Below, one piece after another: positions 47,893-57,791 of a DNA stretch of 57,791 nucleotides (the first letter of the stretch is position 1; every line of letters begins with the position of its first letter). The position numbers and the translations under genes are program-made. Origin of the DNA: an uncultured Candidatus Saccharibacteria bacterium (GTDB taxonomy: Bacteria > Patescibacteriota > Minisyncoccia > Phycocordibacterales > SBAW01); NCBI GenBank assembly GCA_964355655.1, contig CAYHDT010000005.1, positions 1 to 57,791 of the forward strand, written 5' to 3'. The notes beneath the pieces were generated by a model. That model was given only the letters and a program-made list of their open reading frames with translations. It did no database searches and had not been told where the DNA came from.

Positions 47893-48953
47893 TACATCTA
47901 GCAAACTACAACCGCCTATGGCAAACCGGCACGATTTTATTTAGCTTTGCGTTGTTAGTCATCCCCATGTCCGCGCAGGCCGCCACGGCGCTGGGCGACC
48001 TGCAAGATATACCAAAAGACTATACCGGCGAGGATTATCCCGCGCAGCCGCTCTGCTGGGTCAACTACTCTTTTGCAGGCTACGGCGACGGCGTTTGGGG
48101 CCCACTGTGTGTCCGTATCGGGCGGAGTTATTTTGATGCGGTTATGGGCGTTCTATGGGGTACGTATCATCACTATTCAGGATATATATACAGAGCAGAT
48201 CTCATATGGGGTAACCCGCAGACCGACACTTTTGCGGTCGGATTTCTTAGTGCGAACCTTGGCGGTGGGGAAGGACAGACCCGCTATATTACTCGGACCT
48301 TTACTCCTGCGGGTTATTATCAGTACAATGCGTCTACTGGCGCGGGAAAATATGTCTGGAACCTAGGTAAGCTCGACCCCGCCCCGGTCGAGCGTAAAGC
48401 CGGCAATGATGTGGAGGTAGACGGCGGTCAGAAGATTACTCTCGAGTGGTCGTGTTTGCCGTCGCGGCAGGTAAATTGGCAGGCAAAAAGTGGACAAGGT
48501 ACTTTTTCGCAAGGTGGTTGGGGCGGCGGTATTTTGTACAAGTATACCTTCGCCTCAAGCGCCTCCGGCTCCGGCCCGGGTACCGACTTTGACTTTACCG
48601 GCGGAGCGCTCAAAGGTTTTAAAAAAATAAAGGCGCCCATCGCCGCCGGCGAACACGACTACGTACTTACCTGCAAGGGCGCTATTTCCACGCCCGTTAC
48701 TATTCCGGTTATTGTCAAAAGCCTGTGCCCCACAGATATTGAGGCAGCTCCCGGAAACACAAATGGTTTTTGGCTGAAGCCGGGCACGGCGGCCGCGCCG
48801 ACAACGCGCCATCTTTCTAAAACCTTTTCCACAATCACCTATGACTTCTGCATCAAAAACACCGGCGCCAACGGCTACTTTATCCCCGCCAAGACCGCTG
48901 CCGAACTTAAGTCGTTCGTCGACCGCTTGCCGTCTGGGGTAACGAAGTTTTAA
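47889..48953 (+). CDS. secreted protein with the same C-terminal domain
   Basis: Signal peptide; TLEWSC/YVLTC module; CPTDIEAA...FIPAKTAAELKSF. Confidence 0.72.
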   Translation: MIHLANYNRLWQTGTILFSFALLVIPMSAQAATALGDLQDIPKDYTGEDYPAQPLCWVNYSFAGYGDGVWGPLCVRIGRSYFDAVMGVLWGTYHHYSGYIYRADLIWGNPQTDTFAVGFLSANLGGGEGQTRYITRTFTPAGYYQYNASTGAGKYVWNLGKLDPAPVERKAGNDVEVDGGQKITLEWSCLPSRQVNWQAKSGQGTFSQGGWGGGILYKYTFASSASGSGPGTDFDFTGGALKGFKKIKAPIAAGEHDYVLTCKGAISTPVTIPVIVKSLCPTDIEAAPGNTNGFWLKPGTAAAPTTRHLSKTFSTITYDFCIKNTGANGYFIPAKTAAELKSFVDRLPSGVTKF

Positions 48954-49001
48954 GCATGCACCGGCTAAACCAAAACCGGTTATCTTTGCTAGAATGGCCG
49001 G

Positions 49002-51149
49002 ATGGCTAATTTTAAACTCTCGACCCACCACACGCCTGCCGGCGACCAGCCCAAGGCCATCGAGGCTCTGATACAGGGTCTTACGCGCGGCGAGCGGCAC
49101 CAAACCCTGCTGGGGGTGACCGGTTCGGGCAAGACTTTTACCGCGGCTAATGTTATTGCCGCGCTCGACAAGCCCACGCTGGTTATAGCCCACAACAAAA
49201 CGCTGGCCGCCCAGCTGGCGCAGGAGTACCGGGACTTTTTTCCCGATGCAGCGGTGCACTATTTTGTCTCGTACTACGACTACTATCAGCCGGAGGCGTA
49301 CATGGCGCACTCCGACACTTACATAGAAAAGGAGGCGCAAATAAACGAAGAGATAGAGCGCTTGCGCCACGCTTCGACGCAGGCCCTGCTGACGCGCAAA
49401 GATGTGATAGTAGTCGCCTCGGTATCCTGCATTTACGGCCTGGGGAGCCCCGAAGAGTATCGCAAAGTGCACCTCGAGCTGAAATCAGGCATCAAAAAGA
49501 ACCGCGCGGAGCTTATCCGCGAGCTCATCGGCGTGTACTTTGAGCGCACAAATGCCGACTTAACCCCCGGCACCTTTAGGGCATTGGGCAACAGTGTGGA
49601 AATAATGCCGACGGGCGAGCGGGTGCTGTACCGCGTCGAGTTCGCCCATTCGACGGGCTCAGGGCAAGAGGGCGAGCAAATCGGCAAACTGCGCATTATA
49701 GACGCGGTTACCCGCGCAGAAATAAATCAAGGACCGTCCTCCATTTTTTTGTTTCCGGCCAAGCATTACGTTACCCCTGAGCATGAGCGAGCGCGCGCCA
49801 TCGCGGATATTCGCGCGGAGCTCAAGGCCCAGCTCGCCAAGTTTGAGCGTGCGGGCAAGCTGCTTGAAGCCGAGCGTCTGAAACGCCGCACCAACTATGA
49901 CTTGGCGATGATACGCGAGGTGGGCTACTGCAACGGGATAGAAAACTATTCCCGCCATTTTGACGGCCGGAAGGCCGGCGAACCCGCACACTCTCTATTG
50001 GAATATTTTCCGCACAAAAAAGACGGCACGCCCGACTTTCTGACTATTATAGACGAGAGCCATGTAACGGTGCCGCAGATAGGCGGCATGTACGCGGGCG
50101 ACCGCGCCCGCAAGGAAACACTGATAGATTTCGGTTTCCGGCTGCCGAGCGCTTTAGACAACCGGCCGCTGCGGTTTGAGGAATTTGAGGAGCGGGTAGG
50201 GCAGGTTATCTATACGTCAGCGACGCCGGGGCCGTATGAAAAAGAAAAGAGCGGCAAGAATATAGTCGAGCAGATTGTCCGGCCGACCGGTCTTTTGGAT
50301 CCGATTATTGATATTCGCCCGGTTACCAGCGGCGCGGTTCTAAAGGACTCTCCTTTGGCTCCCCGTCTGAATTCCAAAGGTTTAGCCTTTGTTTCAAAGG
50401 CTAAACCTTTGGAATCGTATCAAGGACAGGTCCAGGATGTGATAGAAGAGGTGGCAAAAGTGGTCAAGCGCGGCAACCGCGTGCTTATCACCACGCTTAC
50501 CAAAAAGATGGCCGAAGACTTAAACGACTACTTGAAAGAGCGCGGCATAAAGTCGACTTACCTGCACAGCGACGTAGAGACGCTGGAGCGGATTGAAATA
50601 CTGACCAGCCTGCGCCGCGGCGAGTACGATGTGTTGGTGGGCGTCAACCTCCTGCGCGAGGGGCTCGACCTCCCCGAGGTGGAACTGGTGGCGATCCTCG
50701 ATGCCGACAAAGAAGGGTTTTTACGCAGCGAGGTATCGCTGATACAAACCATTGGCCGAGCCGCGCGCAACAGCGCGGGACGGGTTATTTTGTATGCCGA
50801 CCAGGAGACGCCTTCTTTAGTTAAAGCAGTGGGGGAAACCCGCCGCCGCCGTACTGCGCAGGAAGCGTACAATAAAAAGCACGGGATTACGCCGACCACT
50901 ATCATAAAAAATATAAAAGATATTACCGAGGAGCTCCGTAGCGAACATTCTAAAGCGATAGTTACTATGCTCGAGGTGGACAAAGAGCTGTATAAAAAGA
51001 ATCCGCGCCAATTTATCGCGGCTAAAAAACGCGAGATGGCCGAGGCGGTCAAGGAGCTCGACTTTGAGTCGGCAGCTCTTATCCGTGATGAGATTTTAGC
51101 CTTGACCGGAGGAAATGCTAAAAAGAGGCCAAAAAAGCCCAAAAAATAA
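49002..51149 (+). CDS. uvrB: excinuclease ABC subunit B
   Basis: [44 protein letters not shown]. Confidence 0.98.
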   Translation: MANFKLSTHHTPAGDQPKAIEALIQGLTRGERHQTLLGVTGSGKTFTAANVIAALDKPTLVIAHNKTLAAQLAQEYRDFFPDAAVHYFVSYYDYYQPEAYMAHSDTYIEKEAQINEEIERLRHASTQALLTRKDVIVVASVSCIYGLGSPEEYRKVHLELKSGIKKNRAELIRELIGVYFERTNADLTPGTFRALGNSVEIMPTGERVLYRVEFAHSTGSGQEGEQIGKLRIIDAVTRAEINQGPSSIFLFPAKHYVTPEHERARAIADIRAELKAQLAKFERAGKLLEAERLKRRTNYDLAMIREVGYCNGIENYSRHFDGRKAGEPAHSLLEYFPHKKDGTPDFLTIIDESHVTVPQIGGMYAGDRARKETLIDFGFRLPSALDNRPLRFEEFEERVGQVIYTSATPGPYEKEKSGKNIVEQIVRPTGLLDPIIDIRPVTSGAVLKDSPLAPRLNSKGLAFVSKAKPLESYQGQVQDVIEEVAKVVKRGNRVLITTLTKKMAEDLNDYLKERGIKSTYLHSDVETLERIEILTSLRRGEYDVLVGVNLLREGLDLPEVELVAILDADKEGFLRSEVSLIQTIGRAARNSAGRVILYADQETPSLVKAVGETRRRRTAQEAYNKKHGITPTTIIKNIKDITEELRSEHSKAIVTMLEVDKELYKKNPRQFIAAKKREMAEAVKELDFESAALIRDEILALTGGNAKKRPKKPKK
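50342..50415. repeat. three AAGG-N5-CCTT units in frame in uvrB
   Basis: AAAGG-ACTCT-CCTTT followed by a 21-bp inverted repeat at 50371-50415. Confidence 0.85.
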
Positions 51150-51188
51150 GGGTATTTTGGTAGCAAGGTTTAACCTTGCTATAAAAGC

Positions 51189-51217
51189 TTGACAAGAGTC
51201 AATAGGGGGTGTATGAT
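51189..51217 (+). promoter_or_regulatory. consensus sigma70 promoter
   Basis: TTGACA-N17-TATGAT. Confidence 0.75.
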
Positions 51218-51223
51218 AGTGTT

Positions 51224-51411
51224 CTGACGTCGGGGCCGTACGTTTTCGCAGGATGAGGTGCTCATAGCTTTGCTAGACCCTCTGATGTGATACAAGCGGC
51301 AGCTTGAGAGGAGCAATCCTTCCCCGACGTCCGCTCTTTCGTTCAGATGGCGCTCCGAGAGCGACATCTCAGCCCCGCAGCCCCTCACGACAGTGAGAGT
51401 GGCGCGGGGCT
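51224..51411 (+). ncRNA. candidate structured non-coding RNA, family unknown
   Basis: GACGTCGGGG/CCCCGACGTC closing helix of a branched domain, plus two further hairpins. Confidence 0.55.
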
Positions 51412-51477
51412 ACCTTATACCTAAACGAGGGTATAATTACCCTCAGATTCTAACGATCCAGCTCAGGGAGAGGGACT

Positions 51478-51576
51478 ATGTCTACTGGTGTAATAGCGAC
51501 GTTTGTCTTTCTACTTATCTTCTGCGGAGCGCTCATGACTCCGCCTAATACTCGCCAGCCGCGAGTTGACTCATGA
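51478..51576 (+). CDS. small hydrophobic protein (32 aa); not in ORF track
   Basis: MSTGVIATFVFLLIFCGALMTPPNTRQPRVDS; GGAG/GGGA SD. Confidence 0.5.
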   Translation: MSTGVIATFVFLLIFCGALMTPPNTRQPRVDS

Positions 51577-51670
51577 CCAGTCTTGAGTGGTTTGGCCTGG
51601 CGGATATCGTATCGCTGTTCGGGTCGCTGCTTTGGCCCGCCAGTTTTTGCAGAAGCTCCGGAAACTCCGG

Positions 51671-51714
51671 AGCCCGCCCGAACGTACGTTCAGTACGGGC
51701 GGGCTTTTTCTTTT
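51671..51714 (+). terminator. intrinsic terminator
   Basis: AGCCCGCCCG...CGGGCGGGCT followed by a T-tract. Confidence 0.8.
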
Positions 51715-51818
51715 TGTACTGCAAAATGTTATACTACTTGTGTACATAGCTGACCCCTCGGGCAATCCGTGGGGCTAGTCTGTTGCCGCCAAGAGCAAGC
51801 TCTTGGCCAATAAACAAG

Positions 51819-54413
<2,595 letters not shown>

Positions 54414-54421
54414 CTGCGCCT

Positions 54422-55696
54422 ATGCAGTTGGAGCAATTTAAAAAGAAAATGAAGCGCATCCCGGACTCTCCCGGAGTGTACTTCTTTTTAGGAAAGAACA
54501 AGAAGGTGCTCTACATCGGCAAGGCCACTAGCCTGCGCGACCGTACGCGGAGCTACTTTGCCGCCGACCTTGCGGCAAACCGCAACCCGCTTATTGTGCA
54601 GATGCTCCAAAAAGCGCAGACGCTGGAGTGGCGCGAGACCGACTCAGTGCTTGAGGCGCTGCTGCTTGAAGCTGCGCTCATACGCTCGCACAAGCCCCCG
54701 GCCAATACCGATCTTAAAGACGATAAGAGTTTTAATTATGTCGTCATTACACAGGAAGAGTATCCGCGGGTGCTGGTGATAAGAGGAAAAAATCTAACCG
54801 CGGCTCCTAAGGCCAAAAAAATATTCGGCCCTTTCCCGCACGGCCTTCAATTGCGCGAAGCTATGAAGCTTATCCGGAAGATTTTTCCATATCGCGACAC
54901 GTGCACGCCGTGCAACATTACAAGGCGAAACCTTGTTAACAAGGTTTCGCCTTGTAAACCGTGCTTCAACTACCAACTGGGCCTGTGTCCGGGCGTGTGT
55001 GCGGGGGCGGTGTCCAAGCAAGAGTACGGCCGCAATGTCCGCCACATTGTACTGTTGTTTGAGGGCAAGAAAAAACAGCTTATCAAGGCGCTTAATAAAG
55101 AGATGCGCGCCGCGGCAAAAACGGAGGAGTTTGAGCAAGCCAAAGAGCTCCAGCGGCAAATGTATGCGCTTCAGCATATCCAGGATATTTCGCTGATAAA
55201 GGAAGAATATCGTAGCCCCTCGACCGCTCTCGGGTCAATTCGGTCGGACCGAATTGAGGCATACGACATTGCGCACCTGCGGGGAAGTGCTGCGGTGGGC
55301 GTCATGGTGGTGGTAGAAGGCGGGGAGGCCGCCAAGGGGCAGTACCGCAAATTTAAAATAAAAAGTGCTAAAGCAGGCGATGACCCCGGCGCGCTGAAAG
55401 AAGTGCTTTCCCGCCGGCTGGGCCATGACGAATGGCCCCTGCCGCGCCTTATTGTCGTAGACGGCTCGACCGCGCAAATAAACGCCGCCCGCAATATATT
55501 GGCCGAGTACGGCATGGCTATCCCGGTCGTGGGTGTGGTCAAGGACGAAAAACACCGCCCGCGCAACATTGCCGGCGACCGCGGGCTGGTTAAAGAAAAA
55601 GAGCGCGAAATACTTTTGGCCAACAGCGAGGCACACCGCTTTGCGATAGGCTACCATCGCAAAACGAGCCGAAGGGAGTTGACGCTTGGTAAATAG
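54422..55696 (+). CDS. uvrC: excinuclease ABC subunit C (short form)
   Basis: GVY..LYIGKA.SLR.R, EALLLE, Cys cluster, IEAYDIAH, DG...Q. Confidence 0.93.
   Translation: MQLEQFKKKMKRIPDSPGVYFFLGKNKKVLYIGKATSLRDRTRSYFAADLAANRNPLIVQMLQKAQTLEWRETDSVLEALLLEAALIRSHKPPANTDLKDDKSFNYVVITQEEYPRVLVIRGKNLTAAPKAKKIFGPFPHGLQLREAMKLIRKIFPYRDTCTPCNITRRNLVNKVSPCKPCFNYQLGLCPGVCAGAVSKQEYGRNVRHIVLLFEGKKKQLIKALNKEMRAAAKTEEFEQAKELQRQMYALQHIQDISLIKEEYRSPSTALGSIRSDRIEAYDIAHLRGSAAVGVMVVVEGGEAAKGQYRKFKIKSAKAGDDPGALKEVLSRRLGHDEWPLPRLIVVDGSTAQINAARNILAEYGMAIPVVGVVKDEKHRPRNIAGDRGLVKEKEREILLANSEAHRFAIGYHRKTSRRELTLGK
54918..54957. repeat. perfect 40-bp palindrome in frame in uvrC
   Basis: TTACAAGGCGAAACCTTGTTAACAAGGTTTCGCCTTGTAA equals its own reverse complement. 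Confidence 0.9.
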
Positions 55697-55737
55697 GGTG
55701 TATACCTACGATAGATATAACCGGCAGGGAGTTTGCC

Positions 55738-56058
55738 ATGACAGCCGATGCAGTCTTTGTTCAACAGCCAAACGTGGAAGCACAACGCGCCGAATGGATG
55801 AAAAAACACATCGGTGTGTTTAAGACGGAATGCTATTGCAACTGTTTGCCCGGGAGGTTTGTGACGGATCATGCATCGATTCTCCCGTTTAACGTACCAA
55901 TGTCAGAGAAGATGTTTGGCCCGGGGCGGGATAATTACGGGCAGGATTCGTTTACTCCGCCTCAGTTGCAGCATGAGTACTATTGCGACTCCTGCGGCGC
56001 GATGTACCATCCGTCGGTCATCGAGAAATTCTACACGCCGCGCGAAAAGCGTAAGTGA
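55738..56058 (+). CDS. hypothetical protein with Cys pairs (possible Zn ribbon)
   Basis: GGAG SD; CYCNC and CDSC; terminator at ~56064-56090. Confidence 0.6.
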   Translation: MTADAVFVQQPNVEAQRAEWMKKHIGVFKTECYCNCLPGRFVTDHASILPFNVPMSEKMFGPGRDNYGQDSFTPPQLQHEYYCDSCGAMYHPSVIEKFYTPREKRK

Positions 56059-56108
56059 TCGCAAGCCGCCGAACTTTGGCGGCTTTTTCTTTGTTATATA
56101 CTGCATAC

Positions 56109-57086
56109 ATGCGGACAGTAGTAGCGGTATTGCGTGGCGGGCCTAGCAGCGAGTATGAGGTGTCGCTCAAATCGGGCGCTACCGTTTTGCGCGAGCTTGA
56201 TAAAGATAAATACGACGTGCGCGACCTTTTTATATCGCGGGGCGGCGACTGGCATTTGCACGGCGTTCCGGTATCTCCTGAAAAAGCACTTTTTGGCGTG
56301 GATGTGGCTTGGAACGCGATACACGGCGAATACGGCGAGGATGGCCGGCTGCATCATCTGTTGGACGCGCTTGGCGTGTCTTACACCGGTTCGGGCGCCG
56401 CGGCTTCGAAGCTGGCCTTCAATAAACAGCACACGAAAGATTTGCTTGCAAAAAACGGCATCAAGGTCGCCCACGGTGTTGTGGTAGCGGTCCCGCAAGA
56501 CGAAGGCGCGCGGGAACGGGTCGCGATAGATTTGTTTCGGACAATGCCGCACCCCGCTATAGTCAAGCCGGTCATCGGCGGCAGCTCGGTGGGCGTGTCG
56601 GTCGCAGAAAATTATCATGCGTTGGCGGAGGCTCTCGCGCGAGCTTCCGGGGTTTCGCCCGAGGTGCTGGTTGAGGAGATGATTCGCGGCAGGGAAGCCA
56701 CGGTAGGAGTCATAGATGGTTTTCGCGGGCATAAAACTTACGCCCTTATGCCGGTCGAGATAATCCCGCCACCAAAGCGTTTTTTCGATTATGAGGTTAA
56801 ATATAACGGCGAGACTATTGAGCGCGTGCCGGGCAATTTTTCAGACACCGAGAAAGCCGAGCTCGAGCGCGCGGCCAAGCTTGCCCACGAGCTTGTAGGC
56901 GCGGCGCACTACTCGCGCTCGGATTTTATTGTCTCGCGCCGGGGCGTGTATTTTCTTGAGATAAACAGTGCGCAGGCGGTCGGCTTGACCGAAGAGTCGC
57001 TGTTACCAAAAGCACTGCACGCAGGGGGCACTAAGCTCTCGGACTTTATCGACCATGTCATATCGCTCGTGCATAACAAAAAATGA
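56109..57086 (+). CDS. ddl: D-alanine-D-alanine ligase
   Basis: GGPSSEYEVSL.SG, HG.YGEDG, KP..GGSSVG, YEVKY, LEIN. Confidence 0.93.
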   Translation: MRTVVAVLRGGPSSEYEVSLKSGATVLRELDKDKYDVRDLFISRGGDWHLHGVPVSPEKALFGVDVAWNAIHGEYGEDGRLHHLLDALGVSYTGSGAAASKLAFNKQHTKDLLAKNGIKVAHGVVVAVPQDEGARERVAIDLFRTMPHPAIVKPVIGGSSVGVSVAENYHALAEALARASGVSPEVLVEEMIRGREATVGVIDGFRGHKTYALMPVEIIPPPKRFFDYEVKYNGETIERVPGNFSDTEKAELERAAKLAHELVGAAHYSRSDFIVSRRGVYFLEINSAQAVGLTEESLLPKALHAGGTKLSDFIDHVISLVHNKK

Positions 57087-57415
57087 CCAAACTGGCGAAG
57101 AAAAAATGCGTACCGTGCGAGGGCGGGGTAGAGCCGCTTAACCTCGACCGCGCGCAGGAACTGCTAAAAGAACTCCACTCCGATTGGATGCTGATAGACC
57201 AGTGCCGGATGCTAGCGCGCAGCTTTGTGCTTAAGGACTTTGTGCAGGCGCTTGCACTGACCAATAAAATAGGCGCCATTGCCGAGGCAGAACAGCACCA
57301 CCCGGATTTGACTCTCGGCTACGGAAGCCTCGGGGTCGAGCTGACCACACACGCTATTGGGGGCTTAAGCGAAAATGATTTCATTGTGGCGGCCAAGATA
57401 GACGAGATAAAATAA
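57083..57415 (+). CDS. pterin-4a-carbinolamine dehydratase family protein
   Basis: C.PCEGG, F.DF..A, AE.EQHHPD, THAIGGLSENDFI.AAKID. Confidence 0.9.
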   Translation: MTKLAKKKCVPCEGGVEPLNLDRAQELLKELHSDWMLIDQCRMLARSFVLKDFVQALALTNKIGAIAEAEQHHPDLTLGYGSLGVELTTHAIGGLSENDFIVAAKIDEIK

Positions 57416-57450
57416 AAAAAACCGGCAGCGAAGGATATCGCGGCCGGTTC

Positions 57451-57540
57451 TCAATGGAACGCTCCTGCAACAATGGCGGCTAGGAACGCTACCGCGATGA
57501 ACGTAGTAGCGTGAGGCCATTTCGACAACACACGAGTCAT
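57451..57540 (-). CDS. small single-TM protein (29 aa); not in ORF track
   Basis: GGAGG SD; MTRVLSKWPHATTFIAVAFLAAIVAGAFH; TTGACA promoter upstream; terminator AACCGG..CCGGTTTTTTT after the stop. Confidence 0.6.
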   Translation of the reverse strand: MTRVLSKWPHATTFIAVAFLAAIVAGAFH

Positions 57541-57720
57541 TTTGTTTCCTCCCAGAAACAAGTACTTTCGAACCGACCGCCAATCCTATAGGTACGGGAT
57601 AAAGTGTCAATGAAGAAGCGTGTGGATTACCTGTGGGCAATATGGGGACAGCCGGCTTGTATAGGGAAGTTCTTGGTTTTTCGGCACTTTTGACGTACTA
57701 TAAAAATTGTAGAGTAGTAA

Positions 57721-57791
57721 GGGCCCTTAGCTCATTTGGTAGAGCGCCTCATTTGCAATGAGGAGGTGACCGGTTCGATCCCGGTAGGGTC
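57721..57791 (+). tRNA. tRNA-Ala(TGC), 3'-truncated by window
   Basis: TTTGCAA loop, G3:U70 pair, GGTTCGATCCC T arm. Confidence 0.93.

Noticed and set aside
51224-51411. Assignment as tmRNA, SRP RNA, RNase P, 6S or a fluoride/guanidine riboswitch
   Set aside because: No T arm or CCA end, no GGAA-capped helix 8, no GAGGAAAGUCC, the ends do not pair as one rod, and riboswitch cores are incomplete; only a covariance search can exclude these properly

Overview
Chromosomal segment of a small-genome bacterium. Gene content and protein families point to Patescibacteria/CPR, Parcubacteria-like (inference). Genetic code 11 fits: TGA is used as stop and tRNA-Trp has a CCA anticodon. Core genes: clpB/C end, rpmG (absent from the ORF track), miaA, parB, relA/spoT, topA, dprA, serS, ftsQ-like, dus, dnaX, proB, ABC-F, rarA, msrA, tgt, uvrB/A/C, ddl. 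There are five tRNAs (Tyr, Trp, Leu, Gln, Ala), several pilin and surface-protein genes, and many orphan ORFs. No CRISPR array, rRNA, integrase or transposase was recognised. Main unusual signals: (1) two paralogous HTH + LAGLIDADG-like (LYWAEG) genes, each with its stop codon inside a downstream tRNA; (2) several families of short palindromic elements inserted, often in frame, into housekeeping genes, two with apparent 4-bp target duplications; (3) a mini-element at the tRNA-Leu 3' end; (4) a ~190-nt structured RNA candidate behind a consensus sigma70 promoter; (5) a split in start signals, with housekeeping genes looking leaderless (TAnnnT 6-8 nt before the start codon) while orphans carry Shine-Dalgarno sites; (6) a cassette-like orphan array at ~18-26 kb with repeated junction motifs. 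All assignments come from motif reading by eye; no searches were run.
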